Positions 39,561-48,338 of a stretch of 63,517 nt of DNA are shown here, piece after piece. The first letter of the stretch is position 1. Every line of letters begins with the position of its first letter. This DNA is from a virus (lineage: Duplodnaviria > Caudoviricetes): positions 1 to 63,517 of the IMG/VR virus record IMGVR_UViG_3300025476_000001. The stretch is one strand, 5' to 3'. The notes under the pieces are model-generated. The model was not told where the DNA came from and did not search any database. It worked only from the letters and a program-made list of their open reading frames with translations. The position numbers and the translations under genes were made by a program.

Positions 39561-40361
39561 ATGGCTAATACGATTACATCTAAAACTTATAATGCGCCTT
39601 CTCCAATAATCAATGCAATCAAGTCTTTCCTGCCGGTTGTGTGTGGAGTTCCGGAGAGTGTGCTTAGTGGAATAAGCGATAGATATATTCTTGAACTGTA
39701 CGCAGATTTAGGAGGTAACGCTATCGGCTTTGGGCCAGGTGCACATGAAATGACTATTCATGCCTACTTGCAGGATAAAATAGTTATGGACGCAAATTGT
39801 ACATGGGAGCCGATACTTTCTGGCGAGCTAGCTGATCTTCTTAAAACTGCTGACTCTGCACTGCAATTGATAGCCAATAGATCGGCAATTTCTACCGTAA
39901 GTACGCAGAGAAAGTGGACAGGGTCATCTCCTATTAGCGTAAACTTCAAATTAAAATTCGAAGCTGTAAATGACGTTTATAGTGAGGTGATGCTTCCGTG
40001 TCAGTTACTGCAGAGTCTTACCTTGCCAAGAGGCGGCTTTATGAATACTCTTGGTTTGATACCACCAGGGCCGAATCCATTTACACTTGCACCACAAAAC
40101 GGGCAGAGTTTAGCTCCTGGAGCTAGAGGAGAACAAATTTCTATTAACATAGGGAACTTCATTGGTTTTCGAAGCATTATTGTTAAAAATGTTAAAGTGA
40201 CCTATGAAAATCGAATGAGTAAAGCTGGTCCTATCGGTGCTGAAGTCGACCTTGGTATAGAGACTTTCAGAATGTTAACTCGTGAAGAGTTACAACAGGC
40301 ATATAAAGAGAAGATGCAGGTTTCTGGGAAGACTAGCAACGCTATAGGACAGCTTGATTAG
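39561..40361 (+). CDS. Baseplate/tail tube cap protein (gp48-like)
   Basis: WTGSSPISVNFKLKF...IIVKNVKVTY pattern; position. Confidence 0.55.
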   Translation: MANTITSKTYNAPSPIINAIKSFLPVVCGVPESVLSGISDRYILELYADLGGNAIGFGPGAHEMTIHAYLQDKIVMDANCTWEPILSGELADLLKTADSALQLIANRSAISTVSTQRKWTGSSPISVNFKLKFEAVNDVYSEVMLPCQLLQSLTLPRGGFMNTLGLIPPGPNPFTLAPQNGQSLAPGARGEQISINIGNFIGFRSIIVKNVKVTYENRMSKAGPIGAEVDLGIETFRMLTREELQQAYKEKMQVSGKTSNAIGQLD

Positions 40362-40387
40362 AATATGTTGAGAGGGGGGCTGTACAC

Positions 40388-40693
40388 ATTGACCGCACTT
40401 CATTCTTCAATATAGTTGATATAGGCAATGGTCCTGAATACGACCATCTTAACAATACTCTAAATAGATTCACTATGATTTACCCGGTTCAGTATTATCG
40501 AATTATGGCAAGTGATGTATTGCGCCCAGATATGATAAGTTATAAATCTTATGGATCAGTCAAGTTTTGGTGGATAATTTGTTTTGTGAATAAAATTCAA
40601 GACCCACTTACTGACATTAATGTAGGAAGTTTGATTAAGATTCCGAGTATTCTCGATATTTATTCCTTTTACAAACGATATTCTTTTAGATAA
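40388..40693 (+). CDS. LysM-like baseplate wedge protein (gp53-like); probable ATT start at 40388
   Basis: RPDMISYKSYGSVKFWWII..VNKIQDP...GSLIKIP; frame open back to ATT 40388 behind SD GAGGGG. Confidence 0.75.
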   Translation: MDRTSFFNIVDIGNGPEYDHLNNTLNRFTMIYPVQYYRIMASDVLRPDMISYKSYGSVKFWWIICFVNKIQDPLTDINVGSLIKIPSILDIYSFYKRYSFR

Positions 40694-41878
40694 ATGATAG
40701 GAAATTATCATCTAATCGTAAAATTTGGTGAAATTATAGTTCCGTTAACAACATCTGTCTTACGGGAACTTACGATTGTTCAGGATATGAATAAGATACT
40801 TCCAGAGTTTCGACTACGAATTGATGACAACTCAGGAGCATTAACACACGTTGCGCCATTTGATCGCAACATGAGTAGTGTATATATTGAATGCGCCTTA
40901 GATTACACGACTGATGATAAGAACGCATTTAACTTTCTGGTATATATACGTGAACCTGGTGGTGTACAAAGTACCCCTACCAATGAGTATGACGTTTCTG
41001 GGTTATTAGATGTATCTGGATTATTTGCGCCAGATGTATCTCGAGGATTTTCAGGAAGTATAAAAACTTCATTGGAGACCGTAGTCAAGAACGAAATTGG
41101 AGTTGATTCAACTGAAATAAGTTCGTCCTTAGATTATTCGAAGAATCTGTTACAACCTCACTGGAATAACGTGCAGTTGTTCAATCAGTTGAAAGAATAT
41201 CTGCTTGGTAGGAACAATGAATATGGATACAAGTGTTTCGTGAAGAATTATAAGTTTAAGAAGGTTTTTACGTTTCGAAGTATATCAGAGATGATGGCTG
41301 ATGAAGTGTCCTATAAGTTTATACTGAATGATACTAAGTTTCAGGATCAACTACCAATTTTTGCGTATTACATATTTGACAACTATAAGTTGTATGGAGT
41401 ATTTGGTACGCGAAAACAGGATGCATCATATTATGATTACACCAACAGTCAGTACACATCTTATTCAGAGAATGTCACTGATTACTATTCAATGTCTGAT
41501 TTTTACGCGATAGATAAGAGTGATAGTTCAGATAACAATGAAATCAATGATACTGGCAGAAGCAACGACTTTACCTTAGATTTCAAGGGAAAGGTTAAGG
41601 GTGAATATGGCAATAGATTAGCCAGTTTAGTGCAGATGTGGATAACGACGCAAGGACTACCAAATGCCGTGCCTGGGCAAACTGTTCAGATATTTTTTCC
41701 GCATGGCGCTGCTAGCGACAATCTTTATTCTTATCAGTATTCTGGGTATTGGTTGATAGAACGAGTTGTTCATAATTTAGGCGATGCATTTATAACAAAA
41801 TTGCTTCTCACCCGACAAGGTCTTGACACAGATAAAAATACTAGTCTATTATCGGCTACTAATAAGAAAAGGTCATAA
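40694..41878 (+). CDS. Baseplate hub protein (gp27/phage late control D-like)
   Basis: PGQTVQI...YSGYWLIERVVH motif; position before spike. Confidence 0.7.
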   Translation: MIGNYHLIVKFGEIIVPLTTSVLRELTIVQDMNKILPEFRLRIDDNSGALTHVAPFDRNMSSVYIECALDYTTDDKNAFNFLVYIREPGGVQSTPTNEYDVSGLLDVSGLFAPDVSRGFSGSIKTSLETVVKNEIGVDSTEISSSLDYSKNLLQPHWNNVQLFNQLKEYLLGRNNEYGYKCFVKNYKFKKVFTFRSISEMMADEVSYKFILNDTKFQDQLPIFAYYIFDNYKLYGVFGTRKQDASYYDYTNSQYTSYSENVTDYYSMSDFYAIDKSDSSDNNEINDTGRSNDFTLDFKGKVKGEYGNRLASLVQMWITTQGLPNAVPGQTVQIFFPHGAASDNLYSYQYSGYWLIERVVHNLGDAFITKLLLTRQGLDTDKNTSLLSATNKKRS

Positions 41879-41879
41879 A

Positions 41880-42410
41880 ATGGAACAGAAATTAGGGACA
41901 ACAGGGCTATCATTTCACAACGACAAATTTGAGTTGATATATCGAGCAAAGGTTCTGGACAACAATGATCCACTTCAATATGGGCGAATCAAAGTGCAGG
42001 TCTATCCTATGTTTCAAGATATTATCGATTCTACTTTATTACCGTGGGCTGTTCCTGCTATGCCTTTGTTTGAGGGCGCTGGTGATAATATTGGTAGCTT
42101 TGCAGTTCCAAAAATAGATTCATTTGTGTTTGTATTCTTTGAACAAGGGGATATTTATCAGCCGGTTTACTTTGCAGAAGCGCAGACAGCACAAAAGGGA
42201 TTACCGACTGCAAGAACGACTAACTATCCTAATAGGAAAGTTTTAAGAACAAGTGGTGGTATAGAGATGTTTATTGATGATACTAGTAAAGAAGTTAAGT
42301 TAACGCATTCCTCTGGAACGATTATAGATATAGCAACTGACGGAAGTTTGTCTGTGACTGCTGTGGGAAATGTTGTAATTCAAGGTGCAAACGTGAGTAT
42401 AAATCCATAA
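41880..42410 (+). CDS. Baseplate central spike (gp5/gpV-like OB fold)
   Basis: YRAKVLDNNDPLQYGRIKV...PWA...VP...VFVFFEQGD..QPVY. Confidence 0.88.
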   Translation: MEQKLGTTGLSFHNDKFELIYRAKVLDNNDPLQYGRIKVQVYPMFQDIIDSTLLPWAVPAMPLFEGAGDNIGSFAVPKIDSFVFVFFEQGDIYQPVYFAEAQTAQKGLPTARTTNYPNRKVLRTSGGIEMFIDDTSKEVKLTHSSGTIIDIATDGSLSVTAVGNVVIQGANVSINP

Positions 42411-42683
42411 ATGACTAAAAGAATCGCTTTACTTGGGGACCCAAGTGATCATGGTGGAAGTTTAACAAGTACAAATCAGGATAACAGATTTGATGTTGGT
42501 GGTGTGCAGGTCTGTGCAAATGGTTGTGATCACGACTGTCCGATACCTGGTCATGGTACGACCTCGGTTTCTGCTGTTACAGTAAAGTCTTTTGTAAATG
42601 GGAAGTTGATTATAACGCAGGATGCAACTGCAGGCTGCGGCGCAAAGATAACACCCCCAGATAGGCATGTGTACTGTGAATAG
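42411..42683 (+). CDS. PAAR-like spike tip protein
   Basis: ALLGDPSDHGG...HDCPIPGHG...VNGK...AGCGAKI. Confidence 0.88.
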   Translation: MTKRIALLGDPSDHGGSLTSTNQDNRFDVGGVQVCANGCDHDCPIPGHGTTSVSAVTVKSFVNGKLIITQDATAGCGAKITPPDRHVYCE

Positions 42684-42691
42684 GAGATAAT

Positions 42692-43072
42692 ATGGATGCG
42701 GTAGAGATATGGTCGGATTTGCATCAATCATTATCATCAGATGCTCAAGGCAACCTAAGAAAGGTAATTAATATAGAATCCGTTAAGACTTCAATTGATA
42801 ACATATTAGGAACAGTTAGGGGTGAAAGGGTATTTCTTCCAGAATTTGCTATTGGTTTACAGGGAATGGTGTTTGACCCATTAAACCAAAACCTGATAAC
42901 TAGATTATCTGATGAAATAAAAAATAGTATTGAAGTCTGGGATCCTAGAGTAACAGTAATTGGAGTAGATTTTCAGGAAGAGACCGACAATAATTATATT
43001 GGAATTACAGTCCGATTTAACATACAAAGTTACGCTGAAACTTTTAACTATGTGACGGTAGTTACCCAATAG
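42692..43072 (+). CDS. Baseplate wedge gp25-like protein
   Basis: SIDNILGTVRGERVFLPEF...IEVWDPRV. Confidence 0.92.
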   Translation: MDAVEIWSDLHQSLSSDAQGNLRKVINIESVKTSIDNILGTVRGERVFLPEFAIGLQGMVFDPLNQNLITRLSDEIKNSIEVWDPRVTVIGVDFQEETDNNYIGITVRFNIQSYAETFNYVTVVTQ

Positions 43073-43081
43073 AATAAGGAG

Positions 43082-44797
43082 TTGAGAATGTCAACACAAC
43101 CAATTATCTACACTAATTACGATTTCGATACTCTTGTTGCCCAGTTACAGCAAAGATTGTCTTTGCAAAGCGCCTGGAAGGACATGTATCGAAGTTCTAC
43201 CGGTTCCATGCTTATTGAGTTGTTCGCAGCAGTAGGAACACTTGTCTTATACTATATAGAAAGACGTGCTGAAGAATCTTATATTGCTACCGCTCAGAAT
43301 TACTCTTCCGTAGTGAACTTAGCTCGACTTTTGAACTATATTCCTTACCGAAATGTGTCTGCTGGAAGTCCTGCACTAGATCAGCCATCAGCTATACTTA
43401 GGTTTAGCCTTAGCGTGCCGGCTACAAAAATGGTATATATTCCAAAGTACACATCTTGTTCAACTTCTGGTGGTATCAATTTTATGGTTTTGGCTGATGG
43501 TATAATAATGCCTGGACAATCTTATGTAGATGTCGCCGGTATTCAAGGTACTAAACAGGTTGTATCAAGAACATCATCCGGAAGTACAAATCAAGAATAC
43601 AATATTAGCGACACCAAAGTAGAAAATTCAAATGTTATTGTTGCAGTTAATTTAATTCCATGGAATTTAGTAACATCCTTTATCAACTCGATAAATACTT
43701 CCACTGACTATGTCATACGGCCGGAATTGGATGGGACTATCACAATCGTTTTTGGAAATAACGTCTTTGGGCAGGCTCCAGCTGTAGGAGACGAAATAGT
43801 TATCACTTATATTCAGTCAGATGGTTTGGCAGGAAACGTTTATGCAACTGGATTAATTACAACTTTGAACTCTACTATTTATGATCAGGATGGAGCCATT
43901 CAGACTGTTACAGTGACTAATACTACCAATTTTTTAGGTGGTGACGATGCTGAAACAACAGAAGATATACGAAATAATGCTCCCGATGTTTTTGCTACAG
44001 GAGACAGAGCAGTGACGAAGTCTGATTTTATTGCTATTTTGGATAATTATCATGGTGTAGCAGACTCAAATGTTTGGGGCGAAGCTGAAGAAACAAGTCC
44101 TGATTACGATCACTACAATCAAGTTAAGTTAGTAGTACTTTTGCAGGATTGGGCATTGCCAGACACTGCTTTTAAGAATATTTTATCGTCCTTTCTTTAT
44201 ACTAAGTCTCTTATGACAGTACGTTATACCTATATTGATCCAGTAATTTTAGATGTAATCCCGACTCTTAGTCTAAAAATTTTGCCAGGAAATCAATTAT
44301 CTTATATTCAGTCTTTGGTTGAAACTGCGATAACTAATTTGTTCGTGTTAGGATCAACAACTAAGTTAGGTACCGCGAAAAGAATAGGAGATATATACGA
44401 GGCAGTAGAGGGGGTGTCGGGTGTATCTTATAGTCATATAGTATTGAAAATTCAGAAGGAATTAGAGATTGGTTATTATTCTACGTACACTTATGCTCAG
44501 ACTGTTGAAGCACTACCATTGTTAGCAGGTGGTGTTCAGATTTACAACAACGAGACCCTAATTGCTACAGATAATGGCAGTGGTGGCTTTGTTTCTACCG
44601 AAAGTATACCTACTGTTACAGGCTATGTTGATTACACAACTGGTCTTGTTGGAGTAAACATTTCTCCGTCCCCGGCACCTACTGACATAATTTATGTTAG
44701 ATATCAACAGAATCAAAATGGAGATATAGTAGTCGATAAAGAACAAATTTGTAAGTGGTTTGAGAATGATTACACCAGTATTAGTTATTCTAGTTAA
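43082..44797 (+). CDS. Baseplate wedge protein (gp6/baseplate J-like)
   Basis: DFDTL, FGNNVFGQAP, GGDDAET..IRNNAP..F....RAVTKSDF. Confidence 0.9.
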   Translation: MRMSTQPIIYTNYDFDTLVAQLQQRLSLQSAWKDMYRSSTGSMLIELFAAVGTLVLYYIERRAEESYIATAQNYSSVVNLARLLNYIPYRNVSAGSPALDQPSAILRFSLSVPATKMVYIPKYTSCSTSGGINFMVLADGIIMPGQSYVDVAGIQGTKQVVSRTSSGSTNQEYNISDTKVENSNVIVAVNLIPWNLVTSFINSINTSTDYVIRPELDGTITIVFGNNVFGQAPAVGDEIVITYIQSDGLAGNVYATGLITTLNSTIYDQDGAIQTVTVTNTTNFLGGDDAETTEDIRNNAPDVFATGDRAVTKSDFIAILDNYHGVADSNVWGEAEETSPDYDHYNQVKLVVLLQDWALPDTAFKNILSSFLYTKSLMTVRYTYIDPVILDVIPTLSLKILPGNQLSYIQSLVETAITNLFVLGSTTKLGTAKRIGDIYEAVEGVSGVSYSHIVLKIQKELEIGYYSTYTYAQTVEALPLLAGGVQIYNNETLIATDNGSGGFVSTESIPTVTGYVDYTTGLVGVNISPSPAPTDIIYVRYQQNQNGDIVVDKEQICKWFENDYTSISYSS

Positions 44798-44808
44798 AGG
44801 AGAAAAGC

Positions 44809-45300
44809 ATGGATATAAAGTATGAATCGGTTTGGAAGGTACAACACATAAGAGATGGTCGTGTAATCTGGGAGGATGAAGGTCATAACTCACTAGTTCA
44901 GGAAGGTGAAGAAGCCGTGCTTGAGAGTTTTTTTAGAAATACTACTTCATACAATCCGACCGAATTTTATGTTCGGCTGTGCAACAGTGCATTGGCTGTT
45001 ACAGACACTTTAAGTTCAATATCGAGCGAACCGAGTGGATATGGATATGCACCACAGTTAACAGAGAGATCTACAACAGGATTTCCTACGAAGGATGTTT
45101 ATTTGGGTGCATACCGGCTTACAAGCAAGGTTTTATCATTTACTGCTTCAGGTGGAGATATCGGGCCAGTAATTACTGCTTACTTGGCTACTACAAGTGA
45201 TAATAGCGGCAAACTTATTGCTTTTAGAGCGTTGTCAATGTCCAGAGTAATCTTAGACACTGATACTATGACTATTCAAATAAGAATAACACTTAGTTAG
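44809..45300 (+). CDS. Baseplate/fibre-attachment-associated protein
   Basis: HNSLVQEG...FTASGG...GKLIAF pattern; position. Confidence 0.55.
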   Translation: MDIKYESVWKVQHIRDGRVIWEDEGHNSLVQEGEEAVLESFFRNTTSYNPTEFYVRLCNSALAVTDTLSSISSEPSGYGYAPQLTERSTTGFPTKDVYLGAYRLTSKVLSFTASGGDIGPVITAYLATTSDNSGKLIAFRALSMSRVILDTDTMTIQIRITLS

Positions 45301-45309
45301 AGGGACACA

Positions 45310-46620
45310 ATGATTTATGACGCAGATAAACTATATTTTGATGAGTTAGGTCACGGCAGCTCGGGACTTAACTTTGATCAAACAACTCCGCCCATAAATT
45401 GGGATGCTTTAGCTGGGACTTTTATTGTAATGACTTGCGACGTTTCATTGTCACTACAACAGTATGTTGCTAATGAGATTCTAGATGTGAATGGGGTTTT
45501 TGATATTAGTTTAGTTGAAAACTATTCAAAATACATAGATTTGATGGAACTTGTTCCATTAAAGTTTCGTGATTCTATTGCTCTTCAACAATTTTTCCAG
45601 GAAATAGGACTTCAGGTTGGTAGTTGGATTGGTCAAATAAATGACTTGGAAAAAATGATTGATAAGTACAATGTTGGAGATACATATATTCAGAAATTAG
45701 CTGATTTAGTTGGGTTAGTTTTTGTTGTTGATAGTACTACTACCTTAGATGATAAACGAAGGCAATTGATTCAAGTTATAGATTGGTACAAGATGAAGGG
45801 AACGTATCAGGCAATAAAATATATTGGTTATTTGCTTCAAATGACACTTAATTTTTGGGACATGTACACTAATGATTATGTAACGTTTGTTGAAGAACCG
45901 TGGTTTGTAGGTAACAGTCAATCAGAAAATCCAGGCGGATTAGACTCTAGCTATTATAAGTCCCCTCATTTTGGTATGGAGATTGTTTTGGATACGATAT
46001 ACGGAACTTTCCCTGATATATATTTGTTTGAGCCAACTCAACTTACTAATTTGTCTGTATATGTTGAAAAAGTGCGACCTGTAAATACTGTGCCTCATTA
46101 CTCGGTGTTACTTCAGCCAAAGTGCGACGAAACAGGCGTAGTTAGAGAAATTGCTGGTGGAATAAAAACATGCGTTATTGGGCTATGGGAGTTCTCCAAA
46201 CTCTATTTTGATTGTGCAGGAAGATCTGGTTACTCTGGTTACAGCGGAATAAGTGGGTATTCTGGTTATAGCGGATCTGTAGTTTACTTCGATGACAATA
46301 AATTCTTTGACTACTCTCAAGATGCACTTCTTAATTCTGTTGTCAAATGGAAACTTGGGACTGGAAATAAAGGAGTATCTCCTGATAGTCCAGGATTTGC
46401 TATTGCTACACCGGTGTTGTCCGGCGATATAGAGATGATTTCTATTTATTCTGATCGAACAGAGTACGTTTTCAGAGTTATCGGATCTTCACAACAAGGA
46501 CTATCTGAATTGGGTTTATATTTAATTGATGACACTACATTAGAAGTGGCTTCTACATTTCCAGATATAAACTTAACTACTGATGTTACACTAAAAGTTC
46601 AGGTTATTATTTATCGATAA
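45310..46620 (+). CDS. Baseplate wedge protein (P2 gpI/gp7-like) carrying a short SGY insert
   Basis: YIQKLADLVG...WYKMKGTYQAI...VRPVNT; SGYSGYSGISGYSGYSG at 46225-46275. Confidence 0.7.
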   Translation: MIYDADKLYFDELGHGSSGLNFDQTTPPINWDALAGTFIVMTCDVSLSLQQYVANEILDVNGVFDISLVENYSKYIDLMELVPLKFRDSIALQQFFQEIGLQVGSWIGQINDLEKMIDKYNVGDTYIQKLADLVGLVFVVDSTTTLDDKRRQLIQVIDWYKMKGTYQAIKYIGYLLQMTLNFWDMYTNDYVTFVEEPWFVGNSQSENPGGLDSSYYKSPHFGMEIVLDTIYGTFPDIYLFEPTQLTNLSVYVEKVRPVNTVPHYSVLLQPKCDETGVVREIAGGIKTCVIGLWEFSKLYFDCAGRSGYSGYSGISGYSGYSGSVVYFDDNKFFDYSQDALLNSVVKWKLGTGNKGVSPDSPGFAIATPVLSGDIEMISIYSDRTEYVFRVIGSSQQGLSELGLYLIDDTTLEVASTFPDINLTTDVTLKVQVIIYR

Positions 46621-46634
46621 AAGGAGGAAATAAA

Positions 46635-47756
46635 ATGCCTAATGATATTGGTACACAAGAGAGAACAGTAGCCTATTTTGCTCCTGTTGATTCTTTTATT
46701 GTTAACAGAATAGCAAAAGATATTAGGAAAACAGGAATTTATTCCGGGGGTTATTTAAGCTCACTAGTAGCTAATACTAGTGTTAGTTTATCTTCGTTAA
46801 GTTGCGAAATAACGGATGGAACTTATCAGGAAAGAATTAGAACGACAACTGCAATAACAGGAATAGACATTACTGGCGGTAAAAGTTACGTGGTATTAAG
46901 ATGGGTATACACAGGAAGTTCAGCTGCAGATTATATGGAAGTAAAGGGGGTAACTGTAGGAAATCTTCTACCTAATGATTTAATTGTTGGAGTGGCAACT
47001 ACCGGTATTGACTATACTTTAAGGTCCAATCCTCAGGTTATGGATACATTTCTAAAGGTAGAACCTTCTGAAGCTGGTGGTTTATATGTTAGAATAAGAG
47101 CAGGTCGGGTAAATTATGGATCAGTCAATTATGATATTGTAGATCAGTTAAGTCCTTTAATGTCAGCTCCTGGTTCTGGAACTAATGTATATGCAATACA
47201 GATAAATACTTCGGGAGCTGTAGTAGCTACTGGGCCACAGGCTACTACCCCGCCTGATTATGGTGGATTAGTTACTTTGGCAGAAATAAGAATAGCTGCT
47301 GGGCAAAGTAGCATTGTTGCTGCCAACATTAAAGATGTAAGAGCATTTGGTGCTAGTGGAACTGTAATTCCTTTACCTATTGCTAACGGGGGTACAGGCT
47401 CTATAACAAAAAATTTTGTTGGCTTTGGAACTGTTTCTGGGGCACAAATTACAATAGCTGTAGGAACTGGAGTCACACCGGGGACATGGACGATATTGGA
47501 TTTGAGTTCAATTATAGGAACACGGTCTACTTGGGTATATCTGGCTATAAACAGTAGTACAACGGCAACACTTTGGTTTAACATGTATGATGTAAATAAT
47601 CCAAGCATAGGTCCTGGATTAGGAAGTATTGCTGTTGGAGCAGGCGGAGCAGAAAACTATACTTTAATTCTTACTAATTCTGATGGTACAGTAAGATGTG
47701 CTGCTTCGACGTATATGTCAAGTGTTACATTTACTCCTTTGTCATTTTTAGCATGA
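46635..47756 (+). CDS. Tail fibre protein
   Basis: LAEIRIAAG...IKDVR and LPIANGGTG motifs; follows baseplate. Confidence 0.7.
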   Translation: MPNDIGTQERTVAYFAPVDSFIVNRIAKDIRKTGIYSGGYLSSLVANTSVSLSSLSCEITDGTYQERIRTTTAITGIDITGGKSYVVLRWVYTGSSAADYMEVKGVTVGNLLPNDLIVGVATTGIDYTLRSNPQVMDTFLKVEPSEAGGLYVRIRAGRVNYGSVNYDIVDQLSPLMSAPGSGTNVYAIQINTSGAVVATGPQATTPPDYGGLVTLAEIRIAAGQSSIVAANIKDVRAFGASGTVIPLPIANGGTGSITKNFVGFGTVSGAQITIAVGTGVTPGTWTILDLSSIIGTRSTWVYLAINSSTTATLWFNMYDVNNPSIGPGLGSIAVGAGGAENYTLILTNSDGTVRCAASTYMSSVTFTPLSFLA

Positions 47757-47959
47757 TAAAGTTAAGTGCAAAAACGATTATAACAAATGTAGTTTATAAA
47801 ACGATAGAAATTTGGAAGACTAAGGTACCTGATAAAAGTTTAGATACGTACGACAATTGGAAGGAAGATTTGGTAGCTAGTATTTGTGCTTTACTGCAAA
47901 AACGCGGTATAAACGTTGATGAAGCCTTAATTGTGGAAGAATCTAATGAAGAAAACTAG
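47753..47959 (+). CDS. Small hypothetical protein
   Basis: ATGA overlap with the fibre gene. Confidence 0.5.
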   Translation: MIKLSAKTIITNVVYKTIEIWKTKVPDKSLDTYDNWKEDLVASICALLQKRGINVDEALIVEESNEEN

Positions 47960-47976
47960 AAGTTGGAGGATGAGTA

Positions 47977-48336
47977 ATGACTCAATCTAGCTTGCAACAG
48001 AACGATATTGTTACTTACCGGGGTGATGATTTCTCGACTCAACTGATTTTCTGTGATGCAGATGGGAATGTAGTCAACATAACCGGTTGGAAGATTTTCT
48101 TTACGGTAAAGAAGAATAAAGATGACACTGATGAGAAAGCTGTAATTACTGTTACTATCGATCCTACTGACCCGACTCATGGAATAGCACTGGTTGTCGT
48201 TTCTCATACTATTACTGATACTTTAACTGGATTGTATTATTATGACTTTAAGTTCAGAAAAGCTGATTTGACAATTCAGACTATAACCTCTGGTGGGATT
48301 ACGTTTGAGAAGAACATAACTCGTAGAGTGTCATAA
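47977..48336 (+). CDS. BppU N-terminal-like virion protein
   Basis: YRGDD...NITGWKIFFTVKK...YYYD pattern. Confidence 0.65.
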   Translation: MTQSSLQQNDIVTYRGDDFSTQLIFCDADGNVVNITGWKIFFTVKKNKDDTDEKAVITVTIDPTDPTHGIALVVVSHTITDTLTGLYYYDFKFRKADLTIQTITSGGITFEKNITRRVS

Positions 48337-48338
48337 TT

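Noticed and set aside
33873-46620. Bacterial contractile injection system or tailocin
   Set aside because: Terminase, portal, prohead protease and capsid genes are present, so this is a phage tail
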